A stretch of 63,806 nucleotides of DNA, filler included, from Lenisia limosa (Eukaryota; Protista; Breviatea): assembly GCA_001655205.1 (NCBI GenBank). It is 10 parts of 10 records of this genome, joined end to end, with 100 filler letters (N's around TTAATTAATTAA, not from the genome) between each part and the next. Parts side by side here need not be neighbours in the genome. Positions count along the whole stretch, not along the records: positions 22,770 to 47,007 come from LPNZ01008648.1; 9 more parts are not named here. One strand, given 5' to 3'. Within the stretch, counting starts at the first letter, position 1, and the number at the start of each line of letters is the position of its first letter. The notes beneath the pieces are model-generated. The model searched no databases. It saw only the letters and a list, made by a program, of their open reading frames with translations, and was not told where the DNA came from. This document shows positions 22,800 to 36,192 of this stretch, piece by piece. A program made the position numbers and the translations under genes.

Positions 22800-24000
22800 C
22801 AATGGTGAATATTACCTCACCTTTTTCCTCTCCTTTTCTCTTTTGACAACTTCTTCTTTCATTGCCTGTGTTGGATTAGAATGACAAAAGCTTGGCTTAA
22901 CTTTGGTAAGTGTCATATCGCATCATATTTCAATGGGAAAAAGACCAATATAATAAATTTCATATAATATGATATCATATACAGTAAATAATTCGACAAT
23001 TTATTGAATAATTCAGGTTAATTTGGAATCCTCCTTACGATTCCTCTGTCAGTTCGGATTTGGTTGAGTTTCCGTATCTCATCGTCAGTTGTTGCTGAAC
23101 CTAAAACGCACATTAGAATGTGGATTCCAAGTTTTAGCATAACACTATGAGGAGAAAAAATATGACTAATATATTGTACTATGAACATGAAACATGTCAT
23201 TCCAAACATCTGATGCCCATAATCGCCACAAACAAGGTCGCTTCTCAAAGAGCACCCTGTCAATCTCTGCCGACAAAAATGCAGCCTATAACCAAGATTA
23301 ACTAAGTCATATTGCTCACTCAACCGCCGGATCTCTATGATCCTAGTTTCAATAGAGACTTTACTGCAAAAAAATAAACCGTTCGAAGCCCCACCTGATC
23401 TTTGGCTTCGCCCACAAGCTCTAAGGCTTCTTCCGTATGACCTGAACTGTCAAAGCAATACCACACCGTCAGCCTGCGTAACCCGGTTTTCAGCCAACCT
23501 GAGGAAGCAAGCACGGAGGCTGCCACGGCGTGACTCTCAGCAATGTTTGCAATCATGCGGCTGCCTTGTTAGACCAGGGTGACTGAAAAAGAAAGGATGT
23601 AGCAAGCAGACCTGTTTGCACTAAATTCCGAGCTTTCTCTTTGGTGTCGGTTTTGCTGTATCGGCTCTAGTGCCACAGCTGAATCCGTTCGGATTGGAGG
23701 GAGGCGTCGAGGCATCCTATGCCCGGACGATGGTGGTGCTATTAACGTCAGTCGGGTGTGAATTTTGTGGTTATCGAGAATGAAAATTCAAGTAATTGTA
23801 TTACCGGTATACTAGTATATAAAAAATATAGATATGATATGATATGGTATGATATGATATGATATGGAACAAAACAAGCATTATCCATCCGTAGCTCCTT
23901 GGACGTACCCGGAGCAATCATTTGGTTTGGAGTCTGATGTCTCCGAAGTAGCAAATCCCTCGCTGCCGCCTTGTCCCTGGGGTGTTAACTATCTGCAATG
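22800..24000 (-). CDS. Hypothetical protein (multi-exon fragment)
   Basis: Exons LIAPPSSGHRMPRRLPPIRTDSAVALEPIQQNRHQRESSEF, GHTEEALELVGEAKDQ and AAFLSAEIDRVLFEKRPCLWRLWASDVWND, with GT-AG borders. Confidence 0.5.
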
Positions 24001-24908
24001 AGGTATTCTCTTTGTGTGGACCGCTGAAATTTGACACTAATATTCATCCAGATCCCCTCAATTCAAAAATACCTCCCCACTTGATTGGAATTTGGGCAAC
24101 GGGCTTTCAGTAATCCAAAAGAAATTACATCGGTCAGTAACTCCCCCCCCCCCCCCCNNNNNNNNNNNNNNNNNNNNNNNNNNNNNNNNNNNNNNNNNNN
24201 NNNNNNNNNNNNNNNNNNNNNNNNNNNNNNNNNNNNNNNNNNNNNNNNNNNNNTAATTAATTTATGTCCTTAGAAAACGATGACACACCACCAAAAATTC
24301 AATTCTCATCATAAGTAGCAATTTTTCAACTTCTATACGAGGAAGACAGCATTAAAACTAGTGAAAGCAATGCTTGAATTCCAAAAAATATATTTCATAT
24401 TGCTAATTAACCCGTACATACCGGAATAAGACGGAGGAAAAGGAGGGTGGTAAACCACTGATGACAGTGATGCCCCCATTAGTTCAATCCGAGAAATCAA
24501 GTGTCAAAGCTCATCACTGCAATGGTGATGAACAGAAATTCTGGAAAACAGTATCCTGCTATGTATTCCTGTACAAAAATGTTATTTTAATCATGCACTG
24601 GAGGGCTAAGGACATGGGGCAACACACCATTTCAAAGAAAGGAACGTATACTATTTTTGGACAACGATCGTATATTGTTTAGTAAGTAACATGGAAAATT
24701 CAACTCTCAAAACAAAACTAACTATTTATTTATTCAAGAAGACAGATACTGCAATAATAAGGCGGTCGGGGCAAACCAGGAACAAAGGCACAAAAAGGAG
24801 GTTGTGTTTATACCTGGTAAAGCGTACCCCTAATTTTAATGAATATTTAACTACTAAATTTTTTCCATTTTTCTGCTTTTCTGCTTTCGTCTTGTAATAA
24901 CGTTTAAA

Positions 24909-27266
24909 ATGAACACCTATTTTAAGTTTGTTAAAATTCCGGAGGGAATGGTCAAGGAAGACACCTTTGAGCTTATCAAGGAGGAAAAGGTATTTTTTAG
25001 GGTGGCATCTGCTGCTTTTCTGTGATAAATATTATACCACACCATTATTGGCGGTGATAATGGCTATTTTGTAATATAAATCCTTCTCCCTGTGCTTTCC
25101 ATTTTTGGACTTTCCATTTCATTTGCTTCCAGATTCCCGAGCCTGCTGATGGAGAAGTCCTTGTCAAAACAACGTTCCTGACTGTCGACCCTTATCTTAG
25201 AGGAAAGCTCATGGGTTGGCGGCTTAACTTTTCTAATTCCTATTCCGACAATTCAATTTTTAATATAATCATATTAACCGACATGACCATTCCTTGATTT
25301 CCAAATTTGGCAAGGCAATGGGAAGGAAGGTCAATCTATGTAAACCTCATTTCTGTATCAAGTTATTGTTTCATCTCTAATCTATTCTTTCTATTTTAAT
25401 ATTGAATTCGAACGCACAACATTTCATTTCAATTTTAAACAAGTATTATTCTTCCCACACTGAAGGTGCCACCTACAACAAAGACGAGAAGCCCCTCCTT
25501 CCCGGAAACCCAATGATCAGCGGTTCTGTTGGTATGTCGGGTGGCCCTTTTCTTTTAATAGGGGCTTGTTGTGCTCCCCCCTATCTTTTCGTGAAACCCT
25601 CTTGTTTAGAATCAATTCCAAGTATCACACCATAGGTGTTGTTGAAGTGTCCAAGGATCCAAACGTTCCTGTTGGGGCTTCTGTCCTCTGCCAAAACATT
25701 GGATGGTTGGGCTGGGCATTGATGGTGTTTTTTGTAAATTTCAAAATGTTTACAGACTGACATTTCCCCTAATTGTCTTCCTATTCCCTTATTATTCTGC
25801 GAATACATGTTTTTATCCTTCTAGGGCCAAGTATGGAATCTCCTCTACCGCCCTTGGAATGATTCCCTTCAAAATGCCTGCTGGTGTCCCCGACTCTCTT
25901 GCCCTTGGATGCTGCGGCATGCCTGGTTCGTGGAGCGTGGTATCTAACATATACGAGCCTTGTTTTACAACTTAAACTCTTTATTGGCAATATTCTTTGT
26001 CTGAAGGTAGCCTTATCCATCAGGAGTGACGGCCTACTACGGATTGGAGAAGATTGGCCAGCCCAAGGAAGGCGAAACCGTTGTCATTTCCGCTGCCGCC
26101 GGAGCTGTGGGATGGGGCTCTTCTTTGCTCTCCTAATAACTTATGATTGATTGCGAGGGTATAGTCCTGATTAAAGGGATAGGGATAGAATATCAGCTGT
26201 CTTTGAAGAACCAACCAGCCTGTCTGACGTTTTAGGTTGGATCGGTGCTGATTCAACTCTGCAAGAAGGTTTACAAGGCTCGTGTCGTTGCCATTGCTGG
26301 TAGGCTATGTGTTTTGAGGCATCAGTTTGGTAGATAACGACAGGAGATCGATATTGTGAGAAATGCAATATTTGTTAAACAAAGTCATACATGTTGATTG
26401 TATTAGGAGGCCCCACCAAAACGGCTCTCTGCAAGGAACTTGGTGCTGATGTTGTCATTGACTACAAGAATGTATGGGTGGCTTTATTCCATTTTTACTC
26501 TGTATTAACTTCATGAGACTGCTTTTGCTCTTTTATCCCCCAGGAACCTCTCTACCCTGCCATGGCCGCCGCCTGCCCCGAGGGTATCGATATGTACTGG
26601 GACAATGTCGGAGGTTGGGTGGGAGTGAAACAACGTTTTATTTACTCTCATAGCTTTTCAGTTGTCTTTACAAAGTTTTAGGTGAAACTCTTGATATTGC
26701 TCTTGCCTTGGCTAACAAGTTTTCAAGATTTGTCATGTGCGGTAAGCTCAGTTGAGTATCGCAAATGTTCATACTTTGTTGTGTTTAATAGAGATTCATG
26801 ACCCTTAGGAATGATTGGCTTCTACAATGGCCAGGAGCCCTTCGTTCATAAGTCCCTGATGAACATCATCATGAAATCCGTCAAGTAGGTAGCGCTTCAT
26901 TTTCAGCGAAGATCAAGCAATTGCCTTTTTTATGTTGTGTTGTGCCCCTTTACATTTGGCGTAGTATACCTAAGATTTAGACCCACCCTTTACCCTTAAG
27001 TAACGTACCACAGAATGCAAGGCTTCATTGTTGCCGATGATATGGAGTTCTGGGTCAATGCTCTTGGCCAGCTGCCTAAATGGGTTGCTGATGGCACTAT
27101 CGTCTACAAGGAGGTGGGATAAATGCTCTATTTTGATACCATATGGCTATTCTCAAACAAGTTCTGATTGTTGCAGACTGTTGTTGAAGGGTTCGAAAAC
27201 ACCCCCAAGGCTTTCATTGACCTCTTTGCCGGTAAGAACATCGGCAAGATGATTGTCAAGGTCTAA
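24909..27266 (+). CDS. NADP-dependent oxidoreductase, MDR superfamily (PTGR1/LTB4DH/CurA-like)
   Basis: PEGMVKEDTFEL; PEPADGEVLVKTTFLTVDPYLRG; LGCCGMPG/TAYYGL; PKEGETVVISAAAGAVG; CPEGIDMYWDNVGG; EGFENTPKAFIDLFAGKNIGKMIVKV*. Confidence 0.93.
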
Positions 27267-27442
27267 GCTTAGTCTTGTCTTTATTCATCATTATTCATTT
27301 TATCAAAGTGGGACAATTAAACTCATAATGATATAATACATTAGACCAGTAGACCATAGAATAATTAATAGACCTTAAAAAAATTAGACGTTAATTCACA
27401 AGCATTCCACGCATTGCAGCGTAATTTTCTAAATCAGATATT

Positions 27443-30400
27443 TTAATATTGAGATTGATACCATTGTAGTGAAACATAATCTAAGAGAGTGAGATTGAAC
27501 ATAGAGGGGGGGGGGAGGCTAACCTCCCAGTTTGCGGTAAACGTTTTTCGAGTTGAATGATGGCGACAAAGGGAGCAAAGAACAGAACCTAGAATGTCAG
27601 CCGAAACAACAAAAACAACATAAATAACTCTTCTCGCATACCAAGTGGCCAAAGAGTAGTGGCCATCTGAGTTGAGACTTTAGGGATGTAGCACACCATG
27701 TCATTGAGCAGAGGATGGCGTGCGGAGAGCTAAAAATCACATCAGAATGCAGGCTTACGTTATCAAGAAGATTGGAGTTGAGGTACATTGGTTTGAGGCT
27801 CTCGTTGAGGGCAACGAATGTGTATGAGAGAGCAACAAATGTAGTTGCGTTTTTCGGACCTATGGAGTGAGCCAAGGTAATTTAGAAGATAGAGGCGACC
27901 ATACAAACCAAGGTAGAAGACGGGCTGAGCACCCAGGAGACAGCAACCTTTGCGGTCAGAAAGGGGAGGAAAACATCAGTCTACCAAAGTCATGATTCCC
28001 ACCTTTGGACTTGAGCATAGCGACCGGGGTGGTAGACTTGATAAGAGGCCGTTCGCTCTGGTGAAGATCACTCATTAACAATACTCAGTTGAATATGTTA
28101 TTGCGCAGCGAACAACAAAAAAGTATGTTTCATTGAATATGTGAGAGTTTTGAACATACATCGCTAGACTGGATAGTAGCCATGAGGAATAGATCGGGGT
28201 TGAAGGCCCCCAGGATGATAGGGTACACTGGTGGACCAAGGTTTTCCATTCCTCTGACACCTGCTAAATTATTTCTGTTATTGACGTTGATGTGAATGGT
28301 TGGTACTTCAAAAGATGGCATATTCTCCATTGCATTACCCAGCCTACTGAATCCTGAAGGGATAAAGTCTCGAGTCACTTTCTGGTGTAGTGGGTTGACA
28401 TAACTAGGTATCGGCTACTGTGGTAAAAAGAAGACCCATTTTGCTGAGCATCATATTGACTATTTATATATGAGATACTACATATCTATCATATATAATA
28501 CAGTATCACACATAGTATATGTATTATAGAGTAAGGAACGAAAAACCGTGGAAGTGACCTACCTCGTCTTCTTCTGAGTCGGATTCCGTCTCAACCCGTG
28601 TCACCCGCTTTTTAGCTCGGATGGACTTGACGGCTTTAGCCTGCCTTGGCGGTTTCGGGATTGACGGAAGAGCGTCGAAGTCGAGCGGCTCGGATGGGGG
28701 TGGAAGGACATTGGCGGGNNNNNNNNNNNNNNNNNNNNNNNNNNNNNNNNNNNNNNNNNNNNNNNNNNNNNNNNNNNNNNNGAATGAGAACGGGCTTCTG
28801 CACTTCTTCCACGCTAAACAGTTAAACCAGGTATCGGCACACTTGAAGCCTACGTTGAGCTTGACTCCTCTTTTTGCGGAACAGCGGTCAAAATATCAGG
28901 GGTTTGCTCGTTGGAAGCAACTTCCATCTGAATGTTCTTGACGGACTTCCGAGCAGTGTGACGTCTCCTTGCTGGCGGACCAAAGCCGCGCTGTAGGGGG
29001 CTTGCTCGACCCTCGCGTTGAGGGCTTGTTTTGCTGTCGGTGGTTGACGAAGTGGACGAACGCTGTACGGGGGACGCTATTGGCTGCAGTTTCGCAGCTC
29101 TTGCAATGATCAGTTTCAAGAAGGCAATGGCAAGAGCATGTTTCTGAAGTAATAAGCCTTGACCGATTTTCCCTGGGAAATCATTTAGCAAATCGGTCAA
29201 GACTTATCCCAGTCAGTGTATATTAAAGCGATACCACCAACTTTTGGAGGAATTCCTCGAGAACTTCATTGCAATCACGACTGTCCTCGCTGAAAGTACC
29301 TAAATAGTAACATGACAAGTCAGCAGGGTGCTGTGGAGCAAGGGTTGCAAGCTGCCCTCACCTCGAGTTGCCCGGGTTTGGGGGATGGAAAAGTCATCAG
29401 AACCCTTCATTTGTGACAGGTAGATCTGAACAAGCTGGATAACCATTGGTTCGAAACCCTTAGGCGCCTTCGACCTGAAAAAATTAAGTCTGAAAAAGGC
29501 TTCATTATCGAGAGCTTCACTTCGATCATAACAATCAAAGAAATACAAGATTTTCCTGTTTCAGATCAAAATTATCAATCCGGCTGTTCTTTTAGGTTTC
29601 CTCCACCGCCCACTCGCTATTTGTGATGTGTATCATTGAGTTGTCAGTAAGACTATTGGTAAGGAGCATGGTAATCCCAATGAAGTTGCCGAGGGGGATA
29701 AGCTCGTGAAGGTTACCTGAAAATTAGGAACTCCAGTTAATGGTAATAGAAATCCAAGACCATAGAACAGAAAAACGATACACAACATCGTTTGCCTATG
29801 CTTACCTTTGTAGCGGAAGAAAATCACATTTGAAATAAGCGATTTTGGGATCTTCTTGGGGGATTTTGAAGGGAGCAGGAATCGAGGCACATAGATCCAT
29901 CTCAAAAAATCCTGAACAATAAGGACAAGTGCGGTACAGAGAGTTGCTCTTTGTGATCCCACCTCGTTTTTGGTGACAATTTTAGTAAGCCAACAAGGGT
30001 AGTTGGGCAGCCGACCTGAACGAATTAGTGCAAAAGTTGGGAGAGGGAGAGGAGAGCACATGAAAGCCCAACTAACTTGGAACAGTTGTGACGGTGTAGT
30101 TTGGTGGCGACGTAATAACGTACTTCTCTTCTTCCCAATGCGACGCAACATCAGGTAAGTCCTCAAAGCTAACGTCTTTTTCTACCTTCTCAATGCCTAT
30201 ACTCCATGAGAAAAAGACCAGCATCCTGTGGGATTGGAAGTCGAATATTATGATATTCTCAGTTGAACCTCCAGCATACTGGATTCATCATCGCCACTGG
30301 AATCTGTTTCAGAGAATTCTCCGTCGTGGATAGGAGGACTTGGCATAGCCTTTAAGACCTCTTTTGGTATTGAAATCTCTGGGGGAGGAAAGGTTTGAAA

Positions 30401-33400
30401 ACATTCTTCAGATAAAGTAAAGGAAATTTTGCTGATGATAATAGCGGTACAAAAACAGGAGAGATCGGGATAAAAGGATGCAAACCTGGTGGTGGCGAAT
30501 CCTTCGGCGGCGGAAGGCTCTCAAAGACAAACATTGGCGACTGGGGTGACGCCGGACACATCAGTGGACTGCTCGGCACCGTGACAGGCGCGAGTTTCTC
30601 CAAAGCCTGCCCACTGATGACATCGGGCGGACGAACATCGAAAGGCGGCGGCGACACTGTCGGCTTTGAGGCGTCCACGGGTGGAACATTCAGCATGTCT
30701 TGCTTCAGGTCTCTTGGCGTGGCCGGTTTTGTGCTTTTGGGAACTTCCGATTCTGCACTGTTGGCGGATTTCACTTCTGCAGTTTTGGGGGATTGCACTT
30801 TGAGGGCACCTGTCACGGCTGAATAAGCAGGATGTACAGTGAAGGGAGGAGACTCGGGTTGGTCCGCATCAGAATCACTTGACAACTCTATCGTAACTTC
30901 ACTGACAGCCAGCGCAACCGGAGTTTTCTCTTTTGCTGGCAAAGTAGGGGGCTTGCGATTCGGCTCTTTAACCTTTGCTGGAGGCGAAGGTACAAGACCT
31001 GTTGTCGGAGCCGATGGTTTCAAGTCCTTCTTGGTCGGAGGAGACTTCAGAGGAGCAGTTGGTATCTGGAGTGTGGCGCAAGAGCCACTTGGAGTCTCGG
31101 GGTCATTGAGGTCAACGGAATCGTAGATTGAGGGTGGAATGCTCTCAGACTGTGAGACCGGGAGAGTGAGAGGAGGGGGACTCGGGGAAGATGCCGCGGG
31201 TTTTGGTTCAACTGGCGCAATGGTCGGCGTCAGCTTCAACTTTTCAATGTTTTTCTTTCTCTGGTATTCCCCAAGACTAATGCTCCTGTCAGGCTTTTTA
31301 GGGCTCAGTAGTACGGCGGCGGGGACTTTGTCGATTTTTGCCAGCGAGTTGATCAGTTGACGTGCCTCCAGAACCTGGGGCGGCTCACTTGATGGTGAAG
31401 ATGAGAGGCGCGAGCGCGAAGATTTGCGCCATGAATTGTATGGCGACCTACTACGTGACCTCGACCGCGAGAACGACCGAGACCGATATCGTGATCTTGA
31501 ACTTGATCGTGATCTGCTATAGCGGCGATATCTCACAGGGGTCCGGCTTCGCCCACTATCACGCCGGCGGCGGGGGCTTCTAGATCGAGATCGAGACCAT
31601 CGGCCCCTGTGACGCGACCGCGATCGCGACCGTGACCGACTCATTCCTCTTCCGAACCGATCTTTTGGCTTCGGCTTCGGCTTTTCTTTCTTCTTAATAG
31701 TCGCAAATCTCTTCTTCCTTTCTTCCATCTTCTTACGTTCTTCTATCCATCTTCTATCTTTTTCTTCCTCCGCCTCTTCTTTTAATCTTCTTTCCTTTTC
31801 TTTCTTTTCTTCAACTTTTTCCTTTGCTTTTTTGATTGCAAGTTCCCTTTCCTTCCAGAACCTGTCTAAGTTCTTTGGTCCGCTTTCAAAGATGATTGGC
31901 TCATCATCCGTCACTTCTCCTTCTTCACTAAACATAACAGGTCAGAACCACATACAAGGAAAATTGGTAATGAAAAAGAGGTAGAGCAGTCACTTTGAAA
32001 TGAAAGTGTTGTATATGCACAAATATTACTCATTAAGTTACACCTCTGAAATTTATATATAATCCAACCTATCAGAAATGGTGATCGGCTGTGGTTGGAC
32101 CTTTGCAGGTGATGCTGTAACCTTTTTGGGAACTATCGCGTGTTAATAATGTATAAAAAAAAACAATACATGAAACATTGATCAAAGAAAGCCAATACTA
32201 TTGAACAGAGTTTTTGGCAGCACTACTGAAGTATCCAAAGAAAGCCAACATTTGAAAGGTTTGAAGTTAACTGATGGAGAGGTGGGAGGTAACACTTTCT
32301 TTTGCTTGACAGGCTCCAATTGTGGTCCTTCACGCACATCCTTGAGAGACGCGTTGAGCCCCTCAACTGCACCACAAGGCTTCACCTTGCTTTTCTTTTT
32401 TTCTGCTTGGGAACCATGGGGCTGAATGTCTTTCTTCTCATTCGGCTTTCGGGGTGCAGTTTGTGTTTGTGTAGTCTTGGTGGTTACAAGCTTGCCCTTC
32501 TCCCCTCGATTATGGTCAATCTTCTCAGCAGGAACCTTGGTTTTCGCTTGTGTTTCAGGGGCATTTTTGTGACGAAACTTTGAGACAGTCACTTTGGCTG
32601 AAGCAGTGGGCAAACTCGGGACATTGGCGGTCACAACCGGCTTTGACGGCACCTCAACTATGGTTTTGTCAAGTGGACTGGGGCTTTTGAAAAGAAGATC
32701 GGCCATTTTATTGAGCTCTTGCTTCGAAGGAACATGTTTTGGCGAAGTAGCAGTCTTCACGCTCTATAGAGTAAACTGTTGACCGAGGTTTAAAGGAATT
32801 TTTGCTATTTGATCTCGTACATCAGCTGGCCAAGCCTTGCCCCCCCCCCCCCNNNNNNNNNNNNNNNNNNNNNNNNNNNNNNNNNNNNNNNNNNNNNNNN
32901 NNNNNNNNNNNNNNNNNNNNNNNNNNNNNNNNNNNNNNNNNNNNNNNNNNNNCTGGCTTGGGAAGCGGGGGATTGCCTGTGGGATAAATCACGAGACCAA
33001 GCATTGAAATGAATTGTAAGAGTAGCGAAACAAAAGGAGAAAAATAAAATAAAAGCAAAAGTCGTTGTTCGGCAAAGAAGACCCAAAAGCGAACTTGTAT
33101 AAAAAATGGGCTTTGCACTGATTATTGGTGGGCTTGGTTGCAGAGGTGGCATCCCTAAACAGGTAATAACTATCAGCACTATATCAAAGGTTCCTCAATG
33201 TAATGAAGTGACATACCTGGGGGTCGCGAGGTCATAGGGTGATGGTAAGCTTGGGTGCGAGGGGGTTGGTATACTGGGTGATAGTTCTTCTAAAAAAGTG
33301 TAACAGGGAAGACCATGCTGTTGCTGTGAAGGGCAGTTTCAAACAAACGAAGAGTAAATAAGCATACAATGTACAAAGCAAAGATGTATAAGTGGTATAG

Positions 33401-33921
33401 CAACCGACCATCATGGGTTGGTGCGCAAAAGTAGCCGCATTGTAATGAACTGGCTGGACTGGATAAGCGTGGTTCATCCCTGGCGCATGGGTATAGAAGG
33501 TTGGCGGCTGTCGATATCCTAAATATATGAGGATGTGTCGTTAAAACAGTTAGAGAACCAAACTTGAAAGTTCAACCATCTTACCTGGATGAGGCAATCC
33601 GGGTGCCATGTTGGCATGCTGTGGGGGTCTAATGCATGAGGTTGATACGATGCCAAAAGATGGTGCACTCAAAATAATCATCGTTGAATTACCAAGTTGT
33701 CACACATTGAGTTGCCGTAGACATCCCTTGCTCTGGGGTCCTGATTATTCATTGTAGACTCTAAAAAGTGACATTTAGAAAACAATAAAATGCATTTTTC
33801 TGAGTCACCCAACTAACCTGACAATGGAAGAAATGATGGGAGCGCGGTTACATTTGATCACAGGTCTCCTGGTAATTAGAATGGAACGTGTGCTAAATCT
33901 GGATTCGTCCAACCTCACCAT
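27443..33921 (-). CDS. Large orphan protein (or two adjacent genes) with an Arg/Ser-repeat region and long Pro-rich segments
   Basis: A 527-codon open frame at 30352-31935 contains RSRSRSRSR tracts and Pro-rich sequence, with a 192-codon frame at 32182-32760. Flanking short GT-AG introns link further exons on both sides. No globular family recognised and the ends are uncertain. Confidence 0.55.
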
Positions 33922-34357
33922 TAAGGAGACCACTCTTAAAGGGTTGCAGCAAACTACTGTGTATCCTCCTTGAAATTGAAGAGTTACAGGCAGGATAAAT
34001 CCGGGATAAATCAAGCAAAATACAGTTATCCTTTGTTTAGATCGAAGACGGGGATATTGTTGAACTAGGCAACTATGCAATTAATTATAAAGTCTAGGGA
34101 TGTTGGAGAGAGGAGGAAAAGAGGCAGAAGAGGCTTGGAAAAGAGGCAAAAAGGGTCCAGAAAAAAAAGACTTTCCGGGCCGGGGTTTGCTTATAAACCA
34201 AGATTTTTGTCAAAAAAATTTACATCAACACCTGTCACACCTAGTAACGTAAGCAGTGTATATATTAATTTGAATAGTTCTTTGTTGCGTTGATCTCGTT
34301 TTTGCTTTCTTTTTTTTCTTTTTTGCATTCACATGTTTGATAAACGTAGAAATCACG

Positions 34358-35988
34358 ATGAGCACCGAACACAACCCTCACACTCTCTGGGTCGGCGGAC
34401 TTGGTCGCGCTATCACTCTTGACCAATTGAACGCTGCTTTTAAGCCTTTCAACTTCACCTCCTCTCGCATTAGTGGGCAATTTGGGTCATTTTTAGTATT
34501 TTCCCCCACTTCCTTTTTTAACTTAGTGGTTGAGATTGTGTCTAATTCCCTTAGTTACGCTCAACGGAAAGCCCGATGTTTCTCGCGGGTAAGGGGTTGA
34601 ACTAACATTCTTTTTTTTGAGGTTTTCTTTTTTGATTCATCCTATTTCTTTAATTATTCTTAGTTTTGGCTACGTTGAGTTCGCTAATGAGGATGACATG
34701 AAGAAAGCCCAGGAGAAGCTCGACAACACCCCCATTGACGACCGTACCATGCACTTGAGCCCTGCTCCTGCAAAGGGTTGGTAATTAATTCATTTCTTAT
34801 AGTTTTGTTGTAATTTCCTAACTTTTTGCTCAGGTGTTCGCGTCGCTGTCCCCGGCAAGCGCATTTACGTTGGAAACCTGCCTGCCACTATTGTGGAGGA
34901 TGATCTTGGACACCTTTTCAGTGTATGTTATTCCCATTTTTAAACGAATCTTTTTCTCACTTTTCTAGACCTATGGTGACCTTGAGGTTCTTATCCAGGC
35001 TCCCAGAAGCCCTGAGTTCCCCCACTTTGCTTTCCTTACCTTCGAGAACATTGAAGACGCCACCAAGGTTTGCACCACCCTCTCTCTTGTCATTCTTATA
35101 CTCCTTTAGGCTCTTGAAGTTGATACCAAGCAATTCGATACCACTATCACCGTTGCCTATGCTCTTCCCAGTGGGTTTTGTTATTTGCTCTTCTTTCTTA
35201 ACCCATTGCCGTTGTTTTTTCTTGCTTTCTAGATTTCCTCACTTGTATTTGACTTTTATAGGACGCGAACGTCGCCCTCGCGTCCGTGCCCCCCGCGCTG
35301 AGAAGGCTGAGGCCACCCCTGCCGCTCCTGCTTTCCGTGCCTACATTGGCAAGACTGAAGGTTTAACCAAGACTGAGATTTCCGAGTCTTTCGCCGAGTT
35401 CGGCAAGATCAAGAGCGTCACCCTCCGCACCGTCAAGAAGATTGATGCCCACTACGGATTCGTTTCCTTCGAAGATGAGGAGGCTCTCACTGCCGCCACC
35501 AAGCTCGGCACCCGTACCATCGGTGACGTCGAGGTTGTTGTTGAGGTCGCTAAGACCACCCCCCGTCGTCGCACCNNNNNNNNNNNNNNNNNNNNNNNNN
35601 NNNNNNNNNNNNNNNNNNNNNNNNNNNNNNNNNNNNNNNNNNNNNNNNNNNNNNNNNNNNNNNNNNCTCCCCCCAAGGTAACAAACCCGCACTCTTTTGT
35701 GTAAACTGTATCTCAATTCACTTACCCTTCCAGAACGCTATCTTCGTTGGCGGTACTCGCGAGCTCACCAAGGAGGACGTCAACGACGCCTTTGCTCCCT
35801 ACGGCGAGATCAAGAAGGTTGTCGTCAACCGCGGCTTCCACTCCGTCTTCTTCGAGGATGCTGACGTCGACGACATCATCAAGAAGATGGACGCCATGAC
35901 CATCAAGGAGTCCAAGGTTTCTGTTCAGGCCCTCAAGACCACCCGTCGCTCCGCCCCCCGCCGCCGTCGCGTTGAATCCGAGGAGTAA
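34358..35988 (+). CDS. Multi-RRM RNA-binding protein (about four RRMs)
   Basis: RNP motifs LWVGGL, FGYVEFANEDDMKKA, IYVGNLP, FAFLTF, AYIGK..HYGFVSF and IFVGG, with Arg-rich linkers. Codon usage is strongly biased. Confidence 0.9.
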
Positions 35989-36192
35989 CTCCTGGCTAAT
36001 GTATTTTTTTTATTCAACAGCTTTCTGGGATGTACAATTGAATGTGAAATAGATAAATAAATAGAATACACAGTTACTCCTGCTCTTCGTCTTCACTCTT
36101 GAGCTTTGAGAGGTCAAGAGGCTCACCAGTTACCTTGTTATAAATGTCGCTAGAACGATGAAAGAAGACGAAAATGACATGAACAGCACCCC

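Noticed and set aside
30581-31583. Several plus-strand ORFs
   Set aside because: They are antisense to the long RS/Pro-rich frame.
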